64,000 bases of DNA from Bacteroidota bacterium (GTDB lineage Bacteria; Bacteroidota; Bacteroidia; Bacteroidales; SZUA-534): the NCBI GenBank assembly GCA_003250355.1, contig QKGS01000078.1, positions 616-64,615 on the forward strand, given 5' to 3'. Shown here piece after piece: positions 30,771-40,555 of this stretch; positions within the stretch are counted from its first letter, which is position 1; every line of letters begins with the position of its first letter. The notes beneath the pieces are model-generated. The model was given only the letters and a program-made list of their open reading frames with translations, had not been told where the DNA came from and ran no database searches. A program made the translations under genes and the position numbers.

Positions 30771-30873
30771 TTTTTAAATTTTGTTTTTTTGAATAAACTC
30801 CGCAAATATATATTTATTATTCAGGTGTCAAAATTCAATCTAATAATATGTAGTGCATTTTGCGTAAGCTTAA

Positions 30874-31638
30874 CTAATAATTAAGTTTTGCCAATAGCTT
30901 ATTTGCCTTAATTAAATCTTCGGGCGTGTCAACACACAATGTTTCTTCAATTTCTGTTATGCCTATTTTTACTTTGAAGCCATTTGTAATCCAACGCAAC
31001 TGCTCCAACGACTCTGCCTTTTCGATTACTGATGGTTCCAGTTTTATTATCTCAAATAATATATCGGTTCGGTAACCATACAGCCCCATATGACGATAAA
31101 ATATTGCGTGCTCTAACCAATGTTTTTTTGATACATTTTGTACAAATGGTATAGGCGAACGGCTGAAAAGTACGGCATTCATATTGTTATCGACTACTAT
31201 TTTCGCCTCTTTTTCATCGAATATTTGATGATGGTCGCAAATAACCTGCGCCAAGGTTGCTAATTCTGTTTTTCCATTATCGAAACAGGCAACCAAATCG
31301 TCGATCTGCCGGGGATTAAAGAAAGGTTCATCGCCCTGGATATTAATAATATAATCGAATTTGATACCTGTTTCCTCAACAACAATATTAACAGCTTCAG
31401 CGACACGTTCAGTACCTGAACCATGGTCGGGGTCGGTCATTACGGCTTTGCCGCCAAAGCCTACTACTGCATTTACAATACTAATATCGTCGGTTGCAAC
31501 ATAAACATATTCGAGCGATTTTTTACAGTTTTCATAAACGTGCTGAATCATAGGTTTGTCGCCAATCATAGCCAGAGGCTTGCCGGGCAAACGGGTTGAA
31601 GCATATCGTGCTGGAATTATTCCTAGTATTTTCATCAT
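30874..31638 (-). CDS. kdsB: 3-deoxy-manno-octulosonate cytidylyltransferase (CMP-Kdo synthetase)
   Basis: ILGIIPARYASTRLPGKPL, VATDD, SGTERVAEA and IQGDEPF motifs. I start it at MMKILG, because the ORF-track extension (to 31677) translates heptamer-repeat DNA. Confidence 0.9.
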   Translation of the reverse strand: MMKILGIIPARYASTRLPGKPLAMIGDKPMIQHVYENCKKSLEYVYVATDDISIVNAVVGFGGKAVMTDPDHGSGTERVAEAVNIVVEETGIKFDYIINIQGDEPFFNPRQIDDLVACFDNGKTELATLAQVICDHHQIFDEKEAKIVVDNNMNAVLFSRSPIPFVQNVSKKHWLEHAIFYRHMGLYGYRTDILFEIIKLEPSVIEKAESLEQLRWITNGFKVKIGITEIEETLCVDTPEDLIKANKLLAKLNY

Positions 31639-31728
31639 TTTCAGACTTTGAGTAGTGAGACTATGGATAGTGAGCAATATATAAATTTTTATCTCAATAC
31701 TTATATCTCATATCTCAATACTCATATT
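31639..31728. repeat. miniature heptamer palindrome: TGAGTAG-type block followed by an inverted TGAGATA-type block
   Basis: tttgagtagtgagactatggatagtgag ... tatctcaatacttatatctcatatctcaatactcatatt. It uses the same motifs in the same order as the large arrays at 32831..33285. Confidence 0.7.
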
Positions 31729-32814
31729 CTACATTTTTCTATATAAATCCTTTATAATGTCAGCATTTATGTGATTACGCCATTCTTTTCCAAATGCATT
31801 ATCCCACATATGTTCATTTGCAAGTGCTTTAGCTGCCATTACATTAAGTTGCTCATCGGTTACGTTTGCACAAATGCCTTCGGGGATTTCAACTCCTGCT
31901 TTTATTTGCATTTCCTTAAACTTTTTGTAACCTTCGGGATAATATTTTTCAAGCTGATTGAATACAATACAGTTACCAACACCATGGTGAATTCCCAACA
32001 CATGAGCTAATCCGTACGATAAAGCATGACACACTCCTACCTGAGCATAGGTAATACTGTTACCGCCAAGTATAGATGCAACCATAAGTTTTTCATCGGC
32101 TTCAATTCGGCTTAATGAATCGTTCATGAAAACATCTTCGCACATTTCGTTTGATTTTTCAGCGAAAGCTTTTCCCATAGTTGTTATCCATGTTCCTTCG
32201 AGCGATTCTACGTTATGGATAAAACAATCCATTCCGGTGTAAAAACGTTGAGCATCGGGAACGGTATCTAGTAATTCGGGGTCGAATATTATTTCGTCAG
32301 GCATAGTGTAGTCGCACTTAATACCAAGTTTTTTTTCCGGTCCGCTAAGTACAGTAGTCATTGATACCTCAGCACCTGTACCTGAAATAGTAGGTATACA
32401 AATGCAATAAATACCGGGATTTTTAATTTTATCTAACCCCTGATATTCGTGCGAAGCACCACTATTAGTTACCATTAAACGAACAGCTTTACCATAATCC
32501 ATAGCTGTACCGCCTCCCATACCAACAACAACAGAAGGTAATTGCGGGTTATGAGCTTTGATTTGAGCTGCATATTCATCGACCAAACTGGTTTTGGGTT
32601 CAAGAACAGGGTCGATCCAAATAATAAGGTCGCCGGCTATAATCGGAAGCTTAGCTTCAATATTTTTATCTTTGAAATAGATGTCGATCAAATATGCAGT
32701 CCAGCCTTTACCGTTTTCTTTTCTACGGTCAATTAATTGTCCCAAACGGCTTAAGGTACCTTTACCAAAAGCATAGTATCCTGGGTTTATAAAACTTCTA
32801 AAATCGTATAACAT
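31729..32814 (-). CDS. iron-containing (group III) alcohol dehydrogenase family protein, KdnB-like candidate
   Basis: [24 protein letters not shown] and [16 protein letters not shown] metal- and nucleotide-binding motifs of the Fe-ADH family. Confidence 0.8.
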   Translation of the reverse strand: MLYDFRSFINPGYYAFGKGTLSRLGQLIDRRKENGKGWTAYLIDIYFKDKNIEAKLPIIAGDLIIWIDPVLEPKTSLVDEYAAQIKAHNPQLPSVVVGMGGGTAMDYGKAVRLMVTNSGASHEYQGLDKIKNPGIYCICIPTISGTGAEVSMTTVLSGPEKKLGIKCDYTMPDEIIFDPELLDTVPDAQRFYTGMDCFIHNVESLEGTWITTMGKAFAEKSNEMCEDVFMNDSLSRIEADEKLMVASILGGNSITYAQVGVCHALSYGLAHVLGIHHGVGNCIVFNQLEKYYPEGYKKFKEMQIKAGVEIPEGICANVTDEQLNVMAAKALANEHMWDNAFGKEWRNHINADIIKDLYRKM

Positions 32815-32830
32815 TTTTTCTTAGTATGTG

Positions 32831-33089
32831 AGTAATGAGTAATGAGTAATGAGTAATGAGTAATGAGTAGTGAGTAGTGAGTAGTGAGTAGTGAGTAGTG
32901 AGTAGTGAGTAGTGAGTAGTGAGTAGTGAGTAGTGAGTAGTGAGTAGTGAGTAGTGAGTAGTGAGTAATGAGTAGTGAGTAATGAGTAGTGAGTAGTGAG
33001 TAGTGAGTAGTGAGTAATGAGTAGTGAGTAGTGAGTAGTGAGTAGTGAGTAGTGAGTAGTGAGTAGTGAGTAGTGAGTAGTGAGTAGTG
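32831..33089 (+). repeat. tandem heptanucleotide array, 37 x AGTARTG
   Basis: Counted directly: 37 contiguous 7-nt units. The A variant (AGTAATG) occupies units 1-4, 20, 22 and 27, and the rest are AGTAGTG. A degenerate unit precedes at 32823-32830. Confidence 0.97.
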
Positions 33090-33098
33090 TTTCAATTA

Positions 33099-33285
33099 CT
33101 CATATCTCATATCTCATATCTCATATCTCATATCTCATATCTCATATCTCACATCTCATATCTCACATCTCACATCTCATATCTCACATCTCATATCTCA
33201 CATCTCATATCTCATATCTCATATCTCATATCTCATATCTCATATCTCATATCTCATATCTCATATCTCATATCTCATATCTCAT
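33099..33285 (+). repeat. tandem heptanucleotide array, 26 x CTCAYAT plus a partial unit
   Basis: Counted directly: 26 contiguous units, with the C variant (CTCACAT) at units 8, 10, 11, 13 and 15. A 9-nt spacer (tttcaatta, 33090-33098) separates it from the first array. Confidence 0.97.
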
Positions 33286-33302
33286 TACACACTACTAAAA
33301 AT

Positions 33303-34484
33303 CTAACCTAGTATTTTATCAAATGAGTCACAAATTTTCTTCATATCATCATCGGTCCATTTAAGCTGAATAATGATAGAAATTAAACGTCCCACCACTT
33401 CGTCTGATTTTGGGAATTTAATAGTGGCATAATTCTGAGGAGAGCCGAATTTCTGTACACCCACAGGAGCTACGGTTTTCATTTCCTTTATATGCTCCCA
33501 GTTACGGAAATAGTGGTAATTATTGGTAAACCAATAAGCTGCAGGTATTCCGGCAGCAGCCATTTCTTTTGCAACTTTCTCTGCTTCGGTCTGAGTTGGA
33601 AGGAAAATATTCAACATAGTAGCAGAGTCGCCTTTTTCGTCAGGAATATTACGGAACTCTATTTGTGAGAATTTTTTCATGTAGTCTTTAAGAACTTTTT
33701 TATTCTTACGTTGAGTTTCCAATATATAGTCAATTTTACGGAACTGAGCCAATCCAACTGCAGCGTGAAGTTCGCTTATACGTAGGTTCATACCTAAAAC
33801 AGGGTGAGCTTCCATACCTCTGTTATTGCCAATATGGCTATGGCCGTGGTCGGAATATGTATGGCAATTTTCATAAACAGCGTCGTCGTTGGTGATAACA
33901 GCACCCCCCTCGCCTGCTGTAATTATTTTAAAAAAGTCGAACGAAAAACAAGCTGTTTTACCGTAAGTTCCAAGCATTTTACCTTTATAAGAACCACCCA
34001 TAGCCTGTGCTGTATCTTCAATAAGTACTATATTATGCTCTTGGCAAATAGCAATTATCTCATCGAGTTTTGCCATTGAACCACACATATGTACTAATAC
34101 AATTGCCTTAGTATTTGGTGTAATAGCAGCTTTGAAACCTTCAGGTGAAATACAGAGTGTTTCGTCTATTTCTGCAAATACCGGTATAGCACCAATACTT
34201 ATTACTGCTTCAACAGGAGCAATAAAAGTAAAAGGGGGAACAATAACTTCGTCGCCGGCACCAATACCGGCAGCAGTTAAAGCCAATACGTCGGCAGTGG
34301 TTCCGCTGGTTGTCATATGACAGTGCTTAACGCCGTGGAACTTTGCAAATTCTTGTTCGAAAGTTTTAGCTTTCCATATTCCATTACGGATATTATCGTG
34401 ATTGTAACGGAAGAATACTCCTGTTTCCATTACGTCATTTACTTCTTTACGCTCTTCGGCTCCAAATAGTTCTGTACCCGGCAT
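33303..34484 (-). CDS. DegT/DnrJ/EryC1/StrS-family PLP-dependent aminotransferase, KdnA-like candidate
   Basis: 393 aa with TSGTTADVLAL, IEDTAQAMG and FSFDFFKIITAGEGG (PLP-lysine context) motifs. Confidence 0.85.
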   Translation of the reverse strand: MPGTELFGAEERKEVNDVMETGVFFRYNHDNIRNGIWKAKTFEQEFAKFHGVKHCHMTTSGTTADVLALTAAGIGAGDEVIVPPFTFIAPVEAVISIGAIPVFAEIDETLCISPEGFKAAITPNTKAIVLVHMCGSMAKLDEIIAICQEHNIVLIEDTAQAMGGSYKGKMLGTYGKTACFSFDFFKIITAGEGGAVITNDDAVYENCHTYSDHGHSHIGNNRGMEAHPVLGMNLRISELHAAVGLAQFRKIDYILETQRKNKKVLKDYMKKFSQIEFRNIPDEKGDSATMLNIFLPTQTEAEKVAKEMAAAGIPAAYWFTNNYHYFRNWEHIKEMKTVAPVGVQKFGSPQNYATIKFPKSDEVVGRLISIIIQLKWTDDDMKKICDSFDKILG

Positions 34485-34539
34485 ATTGTTATGTTTTTTA
34501 GTTTACAAATAAAGTGGCAAATATAGAAAAAAGTTACAA

Positions 34540-35787
34540 TTACTCCTTAATGTGTCTTAAATGTAAAAAATGTCCCATTTTATCGCGTTTGGTTTGCATA
34601 TAATATTCATTGAATTTATTGGTAGGGACTTCAATGTTTACATTTTCAACTATCTCAATACCAAATCCTTCGAGACCAATTCTTTTTACCGGGTTATTGG
34701 TTATCAGTCGCATTTTTTTAACTCCTACTTGTTTCAGAATCTGAGCACCTATACCATATTCACGCTCATCTTCCTTAAATCCAAGAGCTATGTTTGCTTC
34801 AACAGTATCCATACCCTGCTCCTGAAGTTTGTATGCTTTAATTTTATTGAACAACCCTATTCCGCGTCCTTCCTGATTCATATATACAACAACACCTTTG
34901 CCTTCGGCTTCAACCATTCTCATGGCCAAATGGAGCTGATTGCCACAATCGCAACGCTGTGAGCCAAATATATCGCCGGTAATACACGATGAATGAACTC
35001 GAACAAGAACCGGTTCATTTTCGTTCCACTCGCCTTTAACAAGTGCAATATGCTCCAAACCTGTTTCTTTATCTACAAAAGGTATTAAATTAAAACTTCC
35101 GTGTTCAGTAGGCATTTTTACTGTTTCACCTTTTATTATAAGACTTTCGTTTTTTAAACGATATGAAATAAGGTCTTCTATTGAAATGATTTTGCAATTG
35201 AACTTTTCTGCAATTTTCATTAACTGTGGCAATCGAGCCATACTGCCGTCTTGGTTTAGTATTTCAACAAGCACACCTGCGGGTGTAAGCCCTGCTAATT
35301 TGGCAAGGTCAACTGTTGCTTCGGTATGTCCTGAGCGTTGAATTACACCACGCCCTTTTGCTTTCAAGGGGAATATATGTCCCGGGCGACCAAGGTCGTC
35401 GGGTTTAGTATTGGGGTTTACAAGAGCCTGAATAGTTTTTGCCCTGTCGTGAGCCGAAATACCTGTTGTGCAACCATGTCCTATAAGGTCAACCGAAACT
35501 GTAAAAGGGGTATCATAGTGTGATGTATTCCCTTTTTTTCCAACCATCAGCTCCAGTTCAAGTTCATTGCAGCGTTGCTCAGTTAATGCTACACAAATAA
35601 GCCCCCTTCCGTGAGTTGCCATAAAATTGACCATTTCAGGGGTAATTTTATCGGCTGCAGCAATAAAATCGCCTTCGTTTTCGCGATTTTCATCGTCAAC
35701 TACTATTATTAATTTTCCTGCTTTAATATCCTCAATAGCTTCTTCAATGGTATTGAGCTTTATTTCATCATCGTGGAGAGTACTCAT
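34540..35787 (-). CDS. ribBA: bifunctional 3,4-dihydroxy-2-butanone-4-phosphate synthase / GTP cyclohydrolase II
   Basis: [10 protein letters not shown] and GHTEA (RibB half); [21 protein letters not shown] and NQEGRGIGL (RibA half). The start is taken at MSTLHDD. Confidence 0.93.
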   Translation of the reverse strand: MSTLHDDEIKLNTIEEAIEDIKAGKLIIVVDDENRENEGDFIAAADKITPEMVNFMATHGRGLICVALTEQRCNELELELMVGKKGNTSHYDTPFTVSVDLIGHGCTTGISAHDRAKTIQALVNPNTKPDDLGRPGHIFPLKAKGRGVIQRSGHTEATVDLAKLAGLTPAGVLVEILNQDGSMARLPQLMKIAEKFNCKIISIEDLISYRLKNESLIIKGETVKMPTEHGSFNLIPFVDKETGLEHIALVKGEWNENEPVLVRVHSSCITGDIFGSQRCDCGNQLHLAMRMVEAEGKGVVVYMNQEGRGIGLFNKIKAYKLQEQGMDTVEANIALGFKEDEREYGIGAQILKQVGVKKMRLITNNPVKRIGLEGFGIEIVENVNIEVPTNKFNEYYMQTKRDKMGHFLHLRHIKE

Positions 35788-35888
35788 GCTTGCTCTTTTT
35801 TTATAAGGGTGCAAAAATAGTTAAAGTTTTTTGAAAGCGTAAGTATTATTGAAGCGTTTTAGCTATTATATTAAGAATGCAGCCGCAA

Positions 35889-37061
35889 CTATGCAGCTCG
35901 TTGAGCGCGCTCCCAATTAACCGATTGTTTGCCTTTTGCATATTTAAAACAACCTCGCCACATAGCCAAATTTGCCATAAAGAAATAATAAGGGACAAAC
36001 AGAATGCGTGCCTTTATTTTAGTATTCTGAAGTAACCTGCCACAAACTACAGAAAGGTAAAAAACTATTTGTAATGCAAGTAAAATAGTGTAAAAGTTTA
36101 ATTGATAGTTTTGTTTTACAACAAGAGCTGTATTTACAAAAAATAATACTGGAAGCATTACAGGAACAATAATCCATCGGAATACTTTGTGTGAAATGTA
36201 CTGAAAAGAGAGTATTCCGTACTTGAAAAAGTTTAACAAAGGTAATAACCAAATAAACGATTGGATAGCTCCTGCTGCTATTCGCACCTTCCGCTTCATT
36301 TCTTCCTTAATATTTGCTGAAGGCTTTTCCATGGCATAGGCATTTTTATTGTAAGCGACTTTATACCCTTGCATAGCAAGCTTTATTGACAACATAAAAT
36401 CGTCGAGTATAGCTTCTGTTGGAACATCAATAAAAAGGTTTGTTCTGATAGCAAATAATTCGCCGGCAGCTCCAATACATGAACCTACTTTTGCATCGCG
36501 CCCTTTCAGCCACGATTCATATTTCCAGTAAATGCTCTCTCCACTTGAAGCGGCTGTATCTTTACATTCGGCTATTACTCGTTTCTCGCCTGCTACGCAC
36601 CCTGTTTGGGGGTTTTCAAACTCTTTTGCAATATTAAGTAACGTATCTTTACCTAAAGCGGTATTCCCATCGGAAAAGACTACTATGTCTGATTTGATAA
36701 ATTCCATACCGCGCTTCATAGCATGAGTTTTACCATTACGCTCGGGTTGATAATGAACTATTGCTTCGGGATACTGTTTTAGTATTTCATTAGTGCTATC
36801 GTCAGAACCGTCGGTAACCCATACTATATCAAGTTTATTTTTTGGATAATTAAGGCAAAGGGAATTATCCATTTTGGATTTTACAAAAGCAGCTTCGTTA
36901 TATGCAGTTATAAATAAAGTTATAGTTGGAAGATTATCGCTGTTAGGAGTACTAAGTTGCTTACTTTTAACAAAAACTGATATTATACCAATAATAACAG
37001 GGTATAAAATATATGAATAAGCAATAAGTATAATTAATATCCAGAGTAATAATTCAAGCAT
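35889..37061 (-). CDS. family 2 glycosyltransferase, membrane-integrated (synthase-like)
   Basis: N-terminal TM, GT2 core (ITAYNE, VTDGSDD, FSDGNT), an HKVFRW (QxxRW-like) motif and C-terminal TM helices. Confidence 0.8.
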   Translation of the reverse strand: MLELLLWILIILIAYSYILYPVIIGIISVFVKSKQLSTPNSDNLPTITLFITAYNEAAFVKSKMDNSLCLNYPKNKLDIVWVTDGSDDSTNEILKQYPEAIVHYQPERNGKTHAMKRGMEFIKSDIVVFSDGNTALGKDTLLNIAKEFENPQTGCVAGEKRVIAECKDTAASSGESIYWKYESWLKGRDAKVGSCIGAAGELFAIRTNLFIDVPTEAILDDFMLSIKLAMQGYKVAYNKNAYAMEKPSANIKEEMKRKVRIAAGAIQSFIWLLPLLNFFKYGILSFQYISHKVFRWIIVPVMLPVLFFVNTALVVKQNYQLNFYTILLALQIVFYLSVVCGRLLQNTKIKARILFVPYYFFMANLAMWRGCFKYAKGKQSVNWERAQRAA

Positions 37062-37063
37062 TA

Positions 37064-38263
37064 TTATAAAAGTGTATTTTTATAGAACTCAAACAAATCA
37101 TTTGTAATATTTGTGTTGTTATAGTTCATGAGTGCAAATTTATAAGCTTCTTTTCCAATTTCGGAAACAATATCGCAATTATTTATTAAGTATAAAATTT
37201 CTTTTGTCATACTTTTTGCATCATCTGCAATAATTATGTTCTTTTTATGAAAAAGACCCAAACCTTCGGCACCAATAGTAGTAGTTACTATGCATTTGCT
37301 TCTGGCCATAGCTTCCAATATTTTAATTCGAATGCCGCTTCCTGAAAATAATGGTACTATCATGATACCATTAGCGTCAATATATTCATCGGCATTTTCA
37401 ATTTCACCAATAAACTGAATATTTGCATTAGCAATATCTGCCGGAAAATTGGCAGGTGCATTTCGTCCGGCTATTTTCAGTGTAGTATTTGGGTTTGTGT
37501 TAATAATTTCGGGCCACACTTCATTACAGAACCAAATTAATCCTTCACGGTTTGGTTCCCAATCGAGTGCTCCGATATAAAAAAGGGTATTACAGTACTG
37601 ACCTGTGTTTTTGTTGAATTTATTATCGGTTATTCCGGTAGTTGAAACTTTCAGATACCCGGTATAATATTTTTCGAAATAATTGGCATCGACAGGGCTA
37701 ATGGGCACAAGGCAATCAAAAGTAGAAAGTGTTTCATGTTCCATTTTTTTTACCCTCTTACTCAATATATTTTTATAAAATGCTTTTAAAATATTACTCT
37801 CCTTTTGCGCCATTCGCTCCCATATTTTATGTTCAATATTATGTGAACGCATTGATATTTTTGCAACAGAGTATTCTTTAATAATATTTGTATATGGAGT
37901 AAGATACAGACCCTCAAGCTGTACTATATCGTAATTATTGCTTTGCAATAATTTTTTAAGCTTTTCAGCAAAACTTTTTGAAATAAACCGTTCGGCATTG
38001 TAAGGCAATTTTGAAAACAAGAGGTTAAAAATAGCTTTAACCGGATTGATTTTTGTGTCGACAAAAACACTATGCCAGTTAATTGACTCTGTTAAATAAA
38101 CAGGTATGTTGCCGGCTCCCGAATTGTGTTTAGGTGTTTGCATAGACAAAACATCGACACTGGCACCGGCTTTACTAATACCGGTTATCATATTAAGTGT
38201 AGCAATAGTGCCGCCGTCGGTTGGTGGATATGGTATTTTATGTGCTAATACAAGAATTTTCAC
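37064..38263 (-). CDS. family 4 (GT-B) glycosyltransferase
   Basis: N-terminal HKIPYPPTDGG and C-terminal SGSGIRIKILEAMA (EX7E-type) motifs. Confidence 0.8.
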   Translation of the reverse strand: MKILVLAHKIPYPPTDGGTIATLNMITGISKAGASVDVLSMQTPKHNSGAGNIPVYLTESINWHSVFVDTKINPVKAIFNLLFSKLPYNAERFISKSFAEKLKKLLQSNNYDIVQLEGLYLTPYTNIIKEYSVAKISMRSHNIEHKIWERMAQKESNILKAFYKNILSKRVKKMEHETLSTFDCLVPISPVDANYFEKYYTGYLKVSTTGITDNKFNKNTGQYCNTLFYIGALDWEPNREGLIWFCNEVWPEIINTNPNTTLKIAGRNAPANFPADIANANIQFIGEIENADEYIDANGIMIVPLFSGSGIRIKILEAMARSKCIVTTTIGAEGLGLFHKKNIIIADDAKSMTKEILYLINNCDIVSEIGKEAYKFALMNYNNTNITNDLFEFYKNTLL

Positions 38264-39741
38264 TATTGCTTTTTCTTTTTACTGAAGAATTTAAATATTT
38301 TTTGAAAAAAGTTTTTCACCGGCTTCAAATAAGTTCCAATATCCATAATGACAGAATCGGTAGCAGCCTTATAAGTAAGGAATAGCCCTATGGGGAAAAT
38401 AACGGCAATACCCATCCACATAGCCTGCCAAGCCGGGGTAGCTCCGAGGCGAGCCGATTTTTCGCTACTAATGCCTATAACATAATATATAACAAAAAAG
38501 AGTACCGATATTACAATGGGCATACCCAAACCACCCTTGCGTACTATTGCACCAAATGGAGCTCCTATAAAAAACAACACAAAACACGATACAGCCAGAG
38601 TAAATTTCCTGTGCCATTCAATCATGTGCTTGTTTATCCATTCGTCACGCATTCTTAAGTCACTATGTGTTTGAGAAACAAAACTTTGTGCATTTCGGGC
38701 TAATTGTGTTGCCGAAATTATAACCTTCCCTTTTTCACTTTGGCTCAATGAATTATAGAGTGAGTCGAAATGCTGAAACTGAGAATATTTTTTTAACGAA
38801 TCGGCATAAAAAGTATTTAATTTAAAATCGGGTTTAACAGTTTTATAATAATTGTCGAACTTAAGTCTAGCAACAAAATGAAGCCTTTTAATCTCATATA
38901 TTTTATTAAGAGAGTCAATAGAATATTGCAACTGACTAAGGTTCAGCATTTGATAATGATTTTTGAACAGATTTTCGTCGGTTCGTTCAAATCCCAGCCC
39001 CGACATATCGATAAGTACACGCTGCTCCTGAAATTTATCTTTTTGGTGGGGAAATTCTTTTTCGTCGCGGTTACGCTTATTTTCTTCTACTTCGGAATAA
39101 CTATGCCCGTTGTACATAGTTAGAATCATATACCTGTTGTTGGCCGACATTTTCATAGTTGCCGAATCGGCCACAGTAACTTTAACATTGCCTCGTTTTT
39201 CGGTATGGTCGTATATTAACAGGTTATAAAGCATCCCTGTTTTTTTATTTTTACCTGAAACCTTAATACTATATCCCTCAAGAGAATTGGAAAAAATTCC
39301 TTCTTTAATTGACACCTCGGGCTTTTGCTTTCTGACATCGTGGAGTAAGGCTCCCATTTTAAGGTTAGTATATGGCATAGCATTATTGGCAAAAAAGAAA
39401 GCTCCTACCGATATTATAAATATAAATATAACAAGCGGGAACATTATTCTCACCAGCGAAGTACCTGAAGCTTTAAGAGCCATAAGCTCGTTATTTTGGC
39501 CAAGGTTTCCGAAAGTCATAATAGAGCTTAACAAAACAGTAAGAGGTAAAGCCAACGGCACCAAACTAGCTGAGGCATAAAGCATAAGCTCGGCAATAAC
39601 ACCGACAGAAAGTCCTTTTCCTACAAGGTCGTCGATGTATTTCCATAAAAATTGCATAAGCAACAGGAAAATACATATAAAGAAGGTCATAAAAAACGGA
39701 CCTATATATGAACTAACCATAAAACGGTGAAGTCGTTTCAC
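38263..39741 (-). CDS. LptF/LptG-family LPS export permease
   Basis: YjgP/YjgQ-type N-terminus (YIGPFFMTFFICIFLLLMQFLWKYIDDLVGKG), a periplasmic beta-jellyroll insert and 6 TM segments. Confidence 0.8.
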   Translation of the reverse strand: MKRLHRFMVSSYIGPFFMTFFICIFLLLMQFLWKYIDDLVGKGLSVGVIAELMLYASASLVPLALPLTVLLSSIMTFGNLGQNNELMALKASGTSLVRIMFPLVIFIFIISVGAFFFANNAMPYTNLKMGALLHDVRKQKPEVSIKEGIFSNSLEGYSIKVSGKNKKTGMLYNLLIYDHTEKRGNVKVTVADSATMKMSANNRYMILTMYNGHSYSEVEENKRNRDEKEFPHQKDKFQEQRVLIDMSGLGFERTDENLFKNHYQMLNLSQLQYSIDSLNKIYEIKRLHFVARLKFDNYYKTVKPDFKLNTFYADSLKKYSQFQHFDSLYNSLSQSEKGKVIISATQLARNAQSFVSQTHSDLRMRDEWINKHMIEWHRKFTLAVSCFVLFFIGAPFGAIVRKGGLGMPIVISVLFFVIYYVIGISSEKSARLGATPAWQAMWMGIAVIFPIGLFLTYKAATDSVIMDIGTYLKPVKNFFQKIFKFFSKKKKQ

Positions 39742-39850
39742 TGTAATGATTTTAAGTTTAACTTACAATAGAACTCTCTTTCTATCAGAAACATTGTAAA
39801 ATCCTTAGAAAAATGCTCATTTTTATAACGGGGTACAAATATGTAGAAAT

Positions 39851-39880
39851 AAAAAATCCCCTGAAAGGGGAATTATAAAA
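39851..39880 (-). terminator. intrinsic terminator
   Basis: On the minus strand, a tcccct-ttc-agggga hairpin followed by a T6 run, just after the stop at 39901. Confidence 0.7.
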
Positions 39881-39900
39881 ATGTTGTATTGATAATGCAT

Positions 39901-40284
39901 TTATAAACCTAAAATATGTTTTAGGTCGGAAATTTGACTTTCCCAAAGTTCCTTTGAGCTTTCCACCTCATCGGGTTCGGCAAAATCGGTAACTACAAGA
40001 GCTATATCGTTTGTAAGTTCATCAACATTAATTCGAAATTCGAAATATGAGCGTTCTTCGTCTTCTTCGTCGAGCCATTTAAACCGAACGTATTTTAAAT
40101 CTTTTTTATTAACCATTTCGGCTTCCTGATCTACTCCGTCCCAGGTGAATGTGTATTTATTTCCCTGCACTCGAACATCGTCGGCAAACCATTCATTTAA
40201 ACCACCGGCAGTACTAAGCCTGTTGAAAAGCACTTTCACCGATGAGTGTACTTCGAATTCTAATGAAAATTTTTCTTTGCTCAT
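39901..40284 (-). CDS. SRPBCC/START-like (AHSA1-type) small protein
   Basis: About 127 aa, with GLNEWFADDV and an acidic C-terminus. Start taken at MSKEKFSLEF. The family call is by general resemblance only. Confidence 0.5.
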   Translation of the reverse strand: MSKEKFSLEFEVHSSVKVLFNRLSTAGGLNEWFADDVRVQGNKYTFTWDGVDQEAEMVNKKDLKYVRFKWLDEEDEERSYFEFRINVDELTNDIALVVTDFAEPDEVESSKELWESQISDLKHILGL

Positions 40285-40555
40285 TGGAGAACGTTTAATT
40301 TTGAATTTTCGCAATTTGTTGAAAAAAAAGTAAAAATGCAATTTATTCAGGATGTTTTTTTTTCACTGATGTCTAACTATTTTTTTTAGACTTAAATCCT
40401 ATTGTTTTTCAATTAGCTTTTAAGCTACCTCAATACACATTAAATACACTGTATAATCAGTATTAATGCCCAAATAAAAAATGGGTTATTTATATTATCA
40501 TACTTTTTTAATAATGGAATAGATTTGAGTTTTTAAATACTAAAATTATTAATAT

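Noticed and set aside
32787-33095. 102-aa ORF (minus strand) encoding HYSLLTT repeats
   Set aside because: It is simply the translation of the 7-nt tandem array (3 x 7 nt gives a 7-aa period). It has no start context and runs out of frame into the Fe-ADH gene start, so it is not a gene.
32823-33290. CRISPR array interpretation of the repeat region
   Set aside because: The units are 7 nt and directly abutting, with no unique spacers. No cas genes are in the window. This is a micro/minisatellite, not CRISPR.
33080-33311. Two overlapping plus-strand ORFs encoding SHISYLI repeats
   Set aside because: They are translation artefacts of the second heptamer array on the strand opposite to all neighbouring genes.
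35815-35888. Looked for an FMN (RFN) riboswitch upstream of ribBA
   Set aside because: Only about 74-100 nt separate ribBA from the preceding gene, and none of the conserved RFN core strings are visible.
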